Counted from the first letter of the stretch, positions 1 through 12,849 are shown. The stretch: DNA of 64,000 nt from Vicugna vicugna (GCA_013265495.1 MU058844.1:12360184-12424183); one strand, 5' to 3'. Translations and numbers: made by a program. The notes: a model not told the origin generated them from the letters alone.

Positions 1-199
1 GGAGTTCACTGTCTCTCTCTGAATTATTTAAAATCCTGGAGGTTTACATGGTGCAAAGGGGATTTGGTCTGCTACCTCCTGCCTATTGGAGAGGTCATTT
101 ATATCTGCAACATACTCAGTGTCTAATAATGAGGTCTCCAAGGAGAGACTGCCTGGGTCTCTGTCTTTGAATTCTGCCACTTTCCAGATTCGGTAATTT

Positions 200-330
200 A
201 TTCCCTCCCTTGGCTTCAGTTGCCTCACCTGAAAAATAGGTAGAGAGAATTAAATAAATTAATTCTTGCAAAGAGCTTAGAATAGTGCATCGTATGTAGT
301 TAAGTGCGTGATGAATATTAGCTATTAGTA
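200..330 (-). mobile_element. MIR SINE fragment
   Basis: MIR core-like 'cttcagttgcctcacctgaaaaatagg...aaagagcttagaatagtgc...gtagttaagtgc'. Confidence 0.6.
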
Positions 331-671
331 GGTTGCTAGCTGCCCCACGGTGTTATTGTTGAAAACGTGTGGTGCAGGCACCACAAAGCTGCCTGCTCTG
401 TGATGACACATCACTAGCTATTACCGTGCAGGTCACCATCCGACCGCCTCAGGGCTAAGCGTGGCAAAGGATGACCCACACTTGGACTCCACAGGGTTGC
501 AGCTTTGACTTATCAGCTCTTTAGGGGCTACTCCCAGCCATCTCACAGAACAACAGCCAGCATCCCAGTCAGTGACTGGGAATGAGTCAGATGGTGACCT
601 CTTCAAAGACCCTAACTACTGCCACTTTCCCTTCCTATAAGAGATCCAGGCAAAGAATTAAGACAACGTCT

Positions 672-835
672 TTGTTATTTTTTAATTAATTAATTTATTT
701 CTTTGTTTTGTTTGTGGGGGACAGTAATTAGGTTTATTTATTTATATTAATTTGTTTCTTAACGGAGGTACTGAGGATTGAACCCAGGACCTCATGCATG
801 CTAAGCATGCCCTCTACCACTGAGCTATACCTCCC
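672..835 (-). mobile_element. tRNA-Ala-derived camelid SINE (Vic-1-like)
   Basis: Reverse complement reads GGGAGGTATAGCTCAGTGGTAGAGGGCATGCTTAGCATGCATGAGGTCCTGGGTTCAATCCTCAGTACCTCC (A and B boxes, tRNA-Ala-like), followed by an AT-rich tail. Confidence 0.9.
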
Positions 836-1169
836 TTCAAAATAACTCTTTTTTTAATCACAAAGTCATGACACATGAAGGATGTAATTATATACTTTAC
901 CGTAGAACATAGGGTTACCCACAGGATCACCACTTCAGTCCAGCTAGGGAGACTTCTGAATGGGGATGCCTTCTGTGACTCAAAGGTGATTACTCCCTAA
1001 AGAAGGCTCCCGTAAGATGCTTCTTCAGGCATCCTACACTTTCATTTATGGGGTGAAGGGCAAGGATGTGGACTGCCTTTGGTGATTCCACCATTATGTG
1101 CCCTCTCATGAAAGAAGAAAAGTTTAATCTCTGATGATGCGTAGCACTACCATAAAAACAAAAAATTAT

Positions 1170-1350
1170 TTATTAAGTACATATAATTTATCAGACAACA
1201 GGTGAAGTACTTCATATGTGCCATCTCATTTAATCTCCTACAACCTTCTGAGGTAAGCGTTACTATTATCCTGTTTAGTGAAGAAGAAACTGAGAAGATA
1301 AAGAAGTTAAAATCGTACAGCTGGTCAGCAGTGGAGGTGGTATTCAGACG
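1170..1350 (+). mobile_element. MIR SINE fragment
   Basis: 'atctcatttaatctcctacaaccttctgaggtaagcgttactattatcc...gaagaaactgag' MIR-like. Confidence 0.6.
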
Positions 1351-2129
1351 CTATCATCTGTGTACTTACCCAATCTGAAGTATTCACAGAGTAAAGGAGT
1401 GGCCCTAATCTACTGAGATTAATCAAAGCTGGCTTCCTTTTCCATTAAAATATATTTTGGGAGTGAAAGAATGATGGTTTAGGAGAACATAGCATAGTAG
1501 TGCTGAATGAAGGTTTTATATGCATAGAAAAGGATCCATGTTCATTTGGGAAATTCAGGCTAAATTATACAATTAATCCAATAATTTCTATAGATGTTAA
1601 ATAATTTTCTCTTTTCTCCTTAGGAAAGATTATTTGAAATGAAAGAGTGAAAACAATTAGCCTTGAACTAGAAATGGCAGTCGCTGCCTATCTGCCCATT
1701 GCCTCTTCCAAATAAGTTGCTTCTGCCCAAGGCCTCCAGAACCCTGTTTGAACCACACCATTTGCTTCCCACTACTGACCCAGACGGGAATAACTGATCC
1801 AAAATGAGCCAGTCCATAGGTTAAATTGAAACAATTAGATATCCACTCTTCAAGTTTCAAGAAATATGGCAACTAAGCCAACTGGGATTTGAGTCACATT
1901 AACAGTAGACTGCAGGAGGAAAGGGCCATGTGTCCCGAAGGCAGAGGCTCGGCTCCCCACCCTTCCAAGGGAGGCCTGATTATTAGTTCTTGCAAAAAAT
2001 CCACTTTGTTCAGTGCTTACAAGAGGTTCCTATTCCTGTAACCAAATAATTCTGCTCAAGAAAATACTTAATAAGCAAAAGTTACATATCAAGCTCAGTA
2101 CTATCCTAAAAAGCACTCTATTGTATCGG

Positions 2130-2270
2130 TACATCTTTTTCCATTTTATAGGCGAGAAAACTTGAGATTCAGAGAGGACAAAGGGTTTTCAAAATCACAC
2201 AGAAAAAATATGGCAGGTCTAAGATTAAACCCAGATCTATTTGATTCCAAAGCCAGTAATCTTTACATTT
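2130..2270 (+). mobile_element. MIR SINE fragment
   Basis: 'ccattttataggcgagaaaacttgagattcagagagg...tcacacag...aacccagatctatttgattccaaagcc'. Confidence 0.6.
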
Positions 2271-2883
2271 TCAAACATCGCTAATTACACTTGCATATTT
2301 ATTGTGTATGATATTGTATCACTTATTGCATATGATATTGTATTATAGATAATATAAAAGTAAACAATGCTTAAATCAATGCTAACATGACTTAATAAAG
2401 TTAAAGATTTCCAAAGCCATATTAATCAAACAAGAGATTTTTCTTATATAATAATAACTCAAAATAAATTATATTCAGGCTTCTATTTAGAATGTATTAC
2501 TCTGGAAAGAGTGGTGCTCCTGCCCTTTGAAGAAAAAAAATCTAGTAATCTGCAAATTCAAAACTTTCATCAAACATTTGAGGTCTCAGGGCAACAAATG
2601 AACCCCAAATCTAAAGACAGATAGGAGATGAGAAGGACAGGTCCTTGCTTACCTGAGGAAGACACTGGGAACCATACACGATGGTAAGAAGAAAGCAATC
2701 AAATTTTTTAACAAATTGTTAAAAGCCAAGTATAATCTAGTACAAGAGTATAGAAACGCTGGGAACTACAAACACAAAGGGATTTGTACCTTTGCACCTA
2801 CTCACAGACTCTTCTCCAGGAACCTCACCAAGTACTCACAAGAGAGACTTGGGGTAAGTAAAGAATTGGAAGAAAGCCCTTCT

Positions 2884-3011
2884 GGGGGGAGGGTATAGCT
2901 CAAGTGGTAGAGCGCATGCTTAGCATGCACAAGATCCTTCCCCAGTACCTCCTCTAAAAATAAATAAACATAATTACCTCCCCCCACCAAAAAAAAAAAA
3001 AAACAAATTTA
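2884..3011 (+). mobile_element. tRNA-Ala-derived camelid SINE (Vic-1-like), B box deleted, with TSD
   Basis: GGGGGGAGGGTATAGCTCAAGTGGTAGAGCGCATGCTTAGCATGCAC..., poly(A) tail; TSD gaagaaagcc(c/t)ttct at 2869-2883 and 3012-3026. Confidence 0.92.
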
Positions 3012-4941
3012 GAAGAAAGCCTTTCTTGTAGAGAAGGCCTGAGGGGAAGGAATGTCACCCACTAGAGAATGGATTCTTCTCCCCATCTTCCTTAGTAACC
3101 AAAGCCTTAAGCTCCGTCATTCTTGGGTAAAAGTCAAGACCCACTACACTTGGAGAAAGGGAATAGAAAAAAGTTCTCTCCCTCCAAGGGCAGGACGTCA
3201 TCTGAGCTCAGACGATTAGTGGTCTCCTACAACTAGGGAAGGGAAGAATAATTTGAAAGCCCCACCCCCAAGGCTCAGGGACACAGTACTCGCCTAGTAT
3301 AGCAGAGACTACCATGCATGCCCACCCTGAACAACGAAGCCAGCAAGCATTGAGTGAAAAATAAATCAGTCTGTTGCTGGGAGAGGGAAAAGAAATTGGA
3401 AAGAGACACTGTCTGAGGCACAGGCACAAAGGGAAGACCTCAAGCTGAAGATGGAACAGATATTGAGAAAAATTCTCCAACAAAACAGCTACCACCCTAA
3501 GGACAAGGAATTTAAAGTCTATGATGTGCTGAGGATCATAATAATAATAAAACCATACCCTACTCAATATCGCCTCCACCTCTGAAACCTAGCCAAAAAA
3601 GGTGAACATTTCCAAGAACAAATATTATTAATTGCAGTCTTTATTCTTCTACATTAAAAGCCAGTCAAATAAAGTATACAACACACAAAGAAGTAAGCAA
3701 AAAAAAACCACATTGCCAAAATATAAAGCAATCAACAGAACCAGACTCAAATATAACCTAGATTTTGCAATTATCAAAGCCTTTAAAATATGATTAATAT
3801 GTTGAAGCATATAATGGAAAAAGTGGACATCATGCATAAGCAGTTGGGGAATCTCAGCAGAAAAATCAAATGTAAATGGTAAAGATGGGGGAAAAAAAGG
3901 TAACAGAGATGAAGTATGCCCTTAATGGGCTAATCAGCATACAAAATTAAAGATAGGTCAATAGAAAAAAAAAGCACACACAAAGAAAAAAATTTTTTCA
4001 GAAAAAGAAAAAGAGCAGAACAGAAAATCCAAGAGTTGTGCAGTATTAAACAGTCTAATATCAATGTAATTGGAGTCTTAGAGTGAGAAAGAGACAGAAC
4101 AAATACTGGAAGAAATAATGGTCAAGAATTTCCCCCAAGTTAATGAAAGATATCAAACATAGATCCAAGAAGCTCAGAGAATACAAAGTAGGATAAATTT
4201 TTTTTTTAATTTTTGGCAGAAAAAAAGAATGATATCAGACAGAATTTGGATCCACACAAAGAAATACAGATACAGAGACAATAAATGGAGATACATACAT
4301 AATTCCTTTTTCCTCAATTTTACTTACTCTAAGAGCTAACTGTCTAAAGCAATAACAGAATCATCGTTACGTGTGTTTACTGCATATGTAAAAGTATAAT
4401 ATGTGACAATAGCTCAAAGTATTGAGAGGGGCAGAGAACTGAGAATATACTACTATAAGATTTTTACACCTTGCCTCACAAGAAGTGATATACTATTTGA
4501 AGGTTAATTAAAATAATGTGATTGACTAAAATACATATTTTAAAACCTAAGGAAATTAATAAAAATTTTTGAAAGAGGCATTAAAAATAATCCAATAATG
4601 AAAATAAAATGGAATCCTAAAAATATTCAATCTGTAAAAGGGGCAGAAAAATAAAAACAAAACAAAAAACAAAATGCAACAAAAATAAAACCACTAGCAA
4701 CATGGTTGATTTTATCCAATCATATCAATAATTACATCAAAATGTAAACTATCTAAACACACCAATTAAAAGAAACTGTCAGAATGAAGAAGAAGCAAGA
4801 CCTTACTATAAAACTGGGGATGAGGTGGGACATTATATTATGATAAAGGGATGAATTCACAAGACATAACTATCTTAAATGTGAACGTACCTAACAACAA
4901 TGCTTCAAAACACATGAAGCAAAAACTGATTAAAATGCAAT

Positions 4942-5260
4942 GAGAGAGGATTTTTAACGAAGCAAAAATACTGTGTATGATACCATAATGATGGATATTT
5001 GTCATTACACATTTGTCCAAACCCACATAATATACAACACCAAGAGTGAACCATAATATAAACTATGGACTTTGGGTGATTATGATGTGTTAATGTCAGT
5101 TCATCAATTGTAATAAATGTACCCTCTCAGGGGAGATATTCATAATGAGGGAGGCTATACATGTGTAGGGGTAAGGGGTATATGGGAAGTCCTTGTACCT
5201 TCCCCTCAATTTTGCTGTCCTCCTTAAACTGCTCTAAAAAGTAAAGTCTTAAAAAAAATT
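4942..5260 (+). mobile_element. L1MC-type 3' UTR fragment nested in the older L1 ORF2
   Basis: 'tatgataccataatgatggatatttgtcattacacatttgtccaaaccca...caccaagagtgaacc...aaactgctctaaaaagtaaagtc' plus A tail; host endonuclease sequence resumes afterwards. Confidence 0.75.
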
Positions 5261-6094
5261 TAAGTTCAAGGAGAAATAAACAAATCCACAATTTTACTTA
5301 AAGACTTCAATCCTCTCTCAGTGATTGATAGAACTAGGAAACACAAATGAGTAGAGATATTGCTAACATTGTACATAATAGTGAAAGACTGAGTGCTTTT
5401 CCCCTAAGATTGGGAAAAAGACAAGCATGTCCACTTCCACCACTCCTATTCAACATAGTACTGGAGGTCCCAGGCAGTGCAATAAGGCAAGAGAAAGAAT
5501 ATAAAAGATAAAAGGCATACAGTTTGGGAAAAAAAGAAAATTGCCTCTATTACAGAAAATATGATTGTCTATGTAGAATATCCCAGAGGATCCACACACA
5601 CACACACAAACACACACACAATCTACTAGAACTAATAAGTGAGCTTATTAGAAAAGACACAGGATACAAATTCAATAAACAAAAATCAATCAAATTTTAA
5701 TATAATACCAATAAACAACTGGAAATTGCAAATAAATTAGGAAAATAAACAATGTATTTTCCCAATGGATCACTCTTCTAATTAAAGAAGCTAGAATAGT
5801 ACTTAATATTTTAAATATACAGACCAAAAAAAAAATCTTAGTGTTAATAAAGTTGGGAAAAGATAACTTTCTTCTTGCATGGTGAATTCAACTAGATTAT
5901 TTGTGTTATTTTATAAATATCAAGCAAACTATTTCCCAGAAAAAAAATTTGGTTTAAAGTCAATTTCTGTATCAGCTAAAGAAATATAAAATATATTCTG
6001 ATCTTTACTGTGTCATGTTTAACAGTATTTGTATTGATAAATGTTATTCTTCATTTTCTACACTTGAAATATTACAGTAATGAAATGTTTGTTA

Positions 6095-6360
6095 AATGGA
6101 CATTTTTTATATCATATTTAAGGTGACTTTGCCCAAAAAAACAAATCCACTGGTGTGTTGCCTACTGCATCATGGACCGCTATGTAGCAGTTATGACAAA
6201 ACTTTCCCTCCCATGCCCACGGCAGACATCACTAATCACAGCATCTTGGTCGTTTATTCTTTGACTAGGCTTAGAATCTTTCTCAGTACAGCCACCACCT
6301 GACAGCGAACACCAGTCAAACAGACTTGACATGCAAGTTGAAACCTATTTAACATCCTAG
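6095..6360. mobile_element. Ancient hAT-type MER DNA transposon fragment
   Basis: 'ggcagacatcactaatcacagc...gacatgcaagttgaaacctatttaacatcc' resembles recalled Charlie/MER ends. Confidence 0.45.
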
Positions 6361-6638
6361 AGTTACCACGCACCAAGTCCAAATTCCTTTGGAAAATAAG
6401 TCTCCATAATCTAACACATTCTGACCTGCTTAGCTGTCCAGTAAAATTTCCTTTAGTCTTCTCTCTGTCTTTTCCAAGTCTCCCTTTTCTTCCAGGCCAA
6501 ACTCAGTCTCAACATCAACCATAAAGCCTTCCCTCAAATACTTGGATCTACAATGAATATTCACTTTTGCGAACTCCTATCCCACACATAATCAATACTA
6601 CCTCTTAATTCTTAATCTCTCCTACTTTGGGGTCATGA

Positions 6639-7378
6639 TGTTGCCAAAACTTGGCATCCGTACCTTGATTACTGAATTGAGACTCAAGGACAGAATTTTG
6701 GATGAAGCAGAAAAGACAGCTTTATTTCTTTGCCAGGAAAAGGAGGTCACAGTGAGTTAATGCCTCCAAGACTACGAACCTGCTGGGGAGAGAAGGTAGG
6801 CGGTTTTATACTAAAAGTTTAAGGAGCGGCATTGGTCTCCATAGAGATCACACACAGGGTAACAAATCATTGCAATGTTGTTCTTTTTGCAGATGCAATG
6901 GTCCCCTTCCTTCAGCTGGGCATGTTATTTATCTACAGCCTTGGGAATCAACGACCCATATCTCCTAATATCTGTGTGCCTAGAACAAAGGGTATTTAGG
7001 AAAAGGGTCTGTGAAAAAGTGCTCTAAAGAAAAACTGGCGCAGTTTAAAAGTCAGGTTGATACGTTTCTAGTATTGAGGCAGGCTGAGACCTGGGACCTT
7101 TTGCTGCAGCATTTGCACAGACTGGGACCTGCACCTGGAGCAACAAAATAAAACAAAGAAACTAAAAGGGACTAAAAATAATTGCATGCATGGGCAGCTG
7201 GGGCAAGTTATGAGCAACAAGGTATAAAAAACAGAAACACAACTGCCACTCCTGAGGTGTCAGGAGCAAAAGCAGGGTACTGCACCTGATCTCCACACCC
7301 AGCACTACCAAGGGGTTGGGCAGACCACCCAATCCCCGTCCCCGCCCCCCCATCCCAGCCCAACCCTGGTCAGCAACA
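6639..7378. mobile_element. ERV LTR-derived segment (solo or composite LTR)
   Basis: Termini TGTTGC...GCAACA (TG..CA inverted); flanks tcatga/gcatga (5/6 match); minus-strand AATAAA at 6721-6726; right half resembles a recalled cetartiodactyl ERV LTR in plus orientation. Confidence 0.75.
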
Positions 7379-8186
7379 GCATGAGAAAAGGCATCTAAAC
7401 TATTATACAATTAAGTGGTTACAAATACCACGTGGTCACCAATGACAATGAGTTGTGACTTTGACTCCCCAAACTGGCAAGTGTCCCATCCTATGATTAT
7501 TGTACAGTCCTCCCATCATAAAGCTGAAGGCAATACAAGAACTCAACAGCTACTGCAGGTAATTTGTTCTGTTAAAAATGGGAATGTCTAATAAAAAGGA
7601 CCCTGCTGATTGTGTGTAAAGAAAAAAATGCTGCCATTTAATGTTCACCAAACATTATAAATACTCCAGAACAACTTGTTCATATTGTTCTAAATTGTTC
7701 ATATAGCTCTAATTTTTTTCCCCAAGCTTTCTTGGAATTTCCACGTCTTCCAAATGTCTTCATAAACATCATTTTAATGGGTACCCTGCATCATTATACG
7801 CATATTAGAAGAAAAAAAGATTGGGATGAAGTCAAACAAGTTGTTGATAGTGATTAACTTTGGCAAATTTACTGTGACATTTATTTTCATCTGTATTTTT
7901 TGTGTTTTACAAATTTTCAGTAGTTAAGAATGTACTATTTTTATACTTGGAAAAGTAAAGTTAATTCAAAAAATATTCTTACTACTTACGCAATGAGGCT
8001 CAGCTTCTTATTTACAAAAGTGTCCCAGAATGGACTTTTTTAAGATTATTTAGGATTCAGGAAAGCTTCTATTACTCCTTACGATAAGAATAAGGAGAAA
8101 AATGCTGCTCACTTCACTAAAAGAAATAGAACATCTAGCACTTTAACAACACTCACAGACACACACATGCAGTAGTTTCTTCTTTA

Positions 8187-8450
8187 TTTTTTTTCACATT
8201 TTTTTCTCTGTGATTTATCATAACATTTTGTGTATATTTCCCTGTGCTATACAGTGTAATCTTGTTTATCTATTCTACAATTTTGAAATCCCAGTCTATC
8301 CCTTCCAACCCTCTACCCGCCCCCCGGTAACCACAAGTCTGTATTCTCTGTCCATGAGTCCATTTCTGTCCTGTATTTATGCTTTGTTTTTGTTTGTTTG
8401 TATGAGATCGCTCATATGTGGAATCTAAAAAACAGAAACAAACAAACAAA
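8187..8450 (-). mobile_element. 5'-truncated lineage-specific L1 3' end with 5' inversion
   Basis: Perfect 16-bp TSD agtagtttcttcttta at 8171-8186 and 8451-8466; L1 3' UTR on minus 8187-8400; inverted piece 8401-8450. Confidence 0.88.
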
Positions 8451-10859
8451 AGTAGTTTCTTCTTTAAATCAAAAATTAGGGTTCCTCTATGGGACAATCA
8501 CAAATCAAATATTTTTTACAAGCCTCCTTTAACAAGTTACATATGTTGCCTCTTTTCATTTCATAATTTTTGCCTCTTTTACTTCATTTTACAGATTTCT
8601 CATCACTTCCTCTGCATACTCTTTGATGGCAGAGAGATATTACAATAATATCCCACGTTCATTTCACCAATATATGGTATCACAGTACGTATATAGTCTC
8701 CAAAATTAGATTTATTTTTCCAGTCTTTAAATAACACCATGCAGAACTTGGAAAGAGAGAAAGATAAATAGGTAGATAGGTAAGTAGATAAACCTCTGAC
8801 ATCAGTTGGCAAGTTTCAGCTAATGAACCGAAAAAGAAGGAATAAAATTAAATTTATCTTAGAAATATATAAAAAGAGTAATCATAGAACTTGCTCTTTT
8901 GTTCCCATGAAGCTCAGAAATGATTATTCAAATGGCAGCACACAAATTTGAATTTTAAAAGAGATATCTGTGGTACCTTAAAAGATCTTCCTAATTTTAG
9001 GTCACTCCTATTTTGTGTTAATTTTACTAATATAGAAGTTTTGACAAACTGATCTGTCTTCTACACAATAACAGAAGTCAACCAGGCAAACAAAGAAAAG
9101 CCGAATTTTATTTCACTACACTGACTTTACCCCTTTATATGCATGGACATGATTTATTTATAAGTCTAAGACCCCTAAAACACTAAGGCCAAATAAGAAG
9201 ACACTGACCTCACTTGTTCAAAGAACCCTTTCCAGTTCTGTCTCTTTGCCTGGTTGTCTGTCCCACGACTGAGTTTATCTGGTTTGTAATTTCTCTGCTC
9301 ACAGCAGAACCCGCAACTTTTTGAATGACCACGGTAATCCCCTAGAGCCATTGTTTACAATGATTTTTTTTATTCAAATACTGTTACTGCAGGGAGTTTT
9401 CTTCCCTAGTACACTGAACTTTTGACAGTCCATATGGTCTTAATGAATTTCCCAGGTGCTGAACACCATCCAACCTGTATTTCTGGCAGCCTGCAGGGGT
9501 ACTTAAGCCTGCCTTTGTCATTCCCCCTAATGCTGCGTAAGATGATTTTTAGAGGAGAAAGTTTGAAGTGGTTGGTGGAAACAGTCAAGCGCTACATGCT
9601 TCTATTACCAACGCAAAAGAACTGTCAGGGAGAATTCACTTCTGAAAGAAGGAAACAAAGCTGTTCACTTAATAACTATAGAGAACGCTCACTGGAATAT
9701 GTGTTTGAGAGGTTATTCTGTACTTGCAAGATTGGGTTTGCTGTCTTTAGTCCATTATGAAAAGTAGTGTTACAATATTTTCTTCACCTACCTTATAATT
9801 ATAAATCTGGGTAAGTTTAAAGAAAGCACCAAATTGGCCCAATTGTCAACCCTGCTTATTATGGGATTTCAAATTAATTTCAGAATATCAGCATATAGTT
9901 GGCTAGCTGAAGTGAAATAATGGCTAGTCAGTTAATGATACAGATGGAGAGATAATATTAAGACTGCCTAGAAAGAAAGAAAATACTTTAAAATCTTCAA
10001 ACTATATTTAAAAGTTAACGTGTATATCTACCCCTTGTTTCTCAATGTATTAGGCAACCACTTTACAAATGTTGCCCATAAAACCCTAGGAGGTAGGCAT
10101 TATGAATACCCCTATTTACAGAGCAATGACTATAATTTTGTTTTCTCTAACTCTGAAATCATGCACTGAAGCATTTATGCCATTTTGCCCAATCTGAAAA
10201 ATATGTTTATCATTATAGTGCACATTTTGGAATTCTTTTAAATGGCTGCTCAGAAAATAAAGCCCCCTGTCCATACTTCGGGTCCAAAATTGTGTAAGTC
10301 GATCTTTGCAGGAGACAGCTCAGCCCCACCCCCACCAATGCCCAGAGGCCACACTTGTATTCCAGACCCCTGGCAGCCATGGTGCAGACTCATGTGCTAA
10401 GTTCAACATTCCAGTGTCCCAACCTGGGATTTTGAATCTGGCACAAAGATTCAAAGAGGGAGAGATAGTTTAAAATTCATTTCCAACTTTTTCAGTATCC
10501 AGTACCTAGTTTTCAGTGATGATACTGGCAACAAAATCAAGAATCTAAGAGTCTAGGGGTGGCATCACCAGCGGCATTATTATAAGCAGATCATTTCATG
10601 GTGAGACTTTTTACATGTGTCTGTGGCTGCACTGTCTTAAGCCTAGGAGCCTACTTCTGTGCCTCATTCTCCAAAATCTTTATCAATAATATCATGTCTA
10701 GCCAGTAAGTATTATCTCAATTTTTGTTAACCATAATAGGTCTCTGTATCTTATATACTTACAGGTTGCTAGACTAAAGGATAATCACCTGCTTACCTCT
10801 GTATCATATTGTTTCTCTACTCCCTTAATTTTACCAGCAATAATTATAGCATTATCAGT

Positions 10860-11330
10860 TATCTCCTTAAATCCATTCTTTGCTGTTTCCCTCAATTGTA
10901 AAGTCTCTGATTTTTGGCTAGGCAGATGGCCACTCAACGAAAGGCCACATTTCCTAAACTTCCTTGGTTGATTCATGTAACTAAGTTCTGGCTGATGGGA
11001 TGTGAGTAGAAATAATTAGCACAACTTCTGCATCATGATAGTAAAGGAAAGAAGCACTCTCTCCACTTCACCTTCTTTCCTTCCTGTTGACTAGAAGGCA
11101 GATGTGGCAGTGAAAGTTGAAGCAGCTATTTCAGACCAGAAGATGGAAACCACAGGTTGAGAAGGCAGAGCAACAATGTAGAAGGAGTGTGGGTCCTGGA
11201 TGAAGTGCAACCTTCATCCCTCGTCTGCTTACCCTTGGACAATTAGTCATAAAAATAAATGAACTTCTATCTTTTTTTAAGTTACTGTTATTTTGGACTT
11301 CGTCGCTGAGCCAAACCTGCATTCTAACTA
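10860..11330 (+). mobile_element. MaLR MLT1-type LTR
   Basis: 'catttcctaaacttccttgg...catgtaactaagttctggctgatgggatgtgagtagaa...gcagctatttcagacca...agccaaacctgcattctaacta'. Confidence 0.65.
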
Positions 11331-12849
11331 ATGGGGCCATTGGCATTTTCAACTCAACTTCTTGCCAGTTATCTTCAACCCTGGGCTCTGCTGAAGCTTT
11401 CTCATGAGAAGAAGAAAACTGCTTCATGTGCCTCCTACTTGGACTTTTTGAAAACCACTTACTTTGTTAGCTACTCAACAGTAACAAAAGTGAGAAGAAA
11501 CAAGAGGAAGACTGCTTGTCCATTTCTGCCACATCGGCAGAAACAGAAGCCACAGTGTAGCATCAAAAGATGTGGTAAATTCTAATGAGCATGGAAAGGT
11601 CAGGTCTTAGTTTTACATGCTCCTTGGAAAGTGGTATGAGGCCTTTTAGCAAGACTTAAATAATACTGTCGCGCTGGTTTTCATTCTGAGGTTCATGGCA
11701 CACTACCTAAATAGAGAACAAATAAAAGAAAACAGCTGTGTTGTAGTTTACGATACTCACGTTTGCTATCGACAAAACTGCAGTTGAGGTTATTTTTTTT
11801 TTATTAATCACACTGAACAAATGTTCCAAAAGCAAGATTCTCTTTTTCCAATTAAACATAATCTCTATTCCATAAATTAAAATTGAAAAAGTCAAAGCCA
11901 AAGCAGTCACGAAGATCTTCCTTTCTCTTCTCAGCTTACAGTTGACCATTCCCAAGTGCATAAGATAAGAGGGTAGGGAAACAAGTGGTTTGCTAAGCAT
12001 TCTGGTATGCGGAGAAACCATCCCGGCACTGATGCTATGGGACTGCAGTCAAGTTCACGTACAAATAAAACTTTCCCATTGTAATAAATTACTGGGCACA
12101 TGAGGGCCTTGATTAGACCCAAAGTGCTTCATAATGGGTGTTTTACTGTGTCTAAATCTCTACTTTCTGAGGGGGAAAAAAATTGGAATCTTTTCTGATC
12201 CATGGTTCATGTTCTATAGTTAGGTAGAATAAAAAGAAACACTATTTCTAAGCTGTTACAAGAATGTAAAAGTATACTGTTTCTAGGAAGTTGGATCAAG
12301 TCATTAGTAATTATAAGCACTAAAATTACTATCGCTGTTAATTTTTTTATCCACTGAAAATGCTAGAAAACCTCAAAATATAGTTGAAATTCTCATAAAT
12401 AAAGGCACACACATATGGCATATCATAGAGTCATCTTCTTGAACCATTATCAACTTCCTTCCATACGTATTAGAACTCCAAGAGATTTGATAACTTCTTC
12501 CCTCTGTTCTGATACTTATCAGGACAAGTATCTCTTAAAAGCATGTAGAGGACAAGCTAAGAGCTCAGCTGCCAAAGATGATTGCTTTAAAGTCTTTGTA
12601 ATATCAGCCTAAGGCAGCCTAAGGGATGAGCAAAGAGATTAATCACAGACCTTTGAACACGGGTAAGCAAACCACAGCCAAATGGATAATGTCCCACAGA
12701 GAACATGTAATCTTTGGATGCTGGGGCTTCTTCTACCACATACATTCCATAATGGCTACAAATTCCATCACCACTAAATACCCTCTGAGCTCTAAGCCAA
12801 GAGGAGGGATGAAATCCTGTCTATACAATGTCAAGATGGCCAATGAATT

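Larger units (their letters stand above)
2500..5740 (+). mobile_element. Old, fragmented L1 (5' region, ORF1, ORF2 endonuclease and RT remnants) with nested insertions
   Basis: ORF1-like remnant at ~4110-4195 (EIM..NFP.LMKDI..IQEAQR), endonuclease start at ~4720-4780, RT remnant at ~5365-5590 ([21 protein letters not shown]...AIRQE); many stops and frameshifts; 5' boundary approximate. Confidence 0.8.

Noticed and set aside
764..835. tRNA-Ala gene (likewise at 2884 and 55570)
   Set aside because: SINE-specific extensions, AT-rich tails and, for two copies, TSDs identify them as SINEs rather than tRNA genes.
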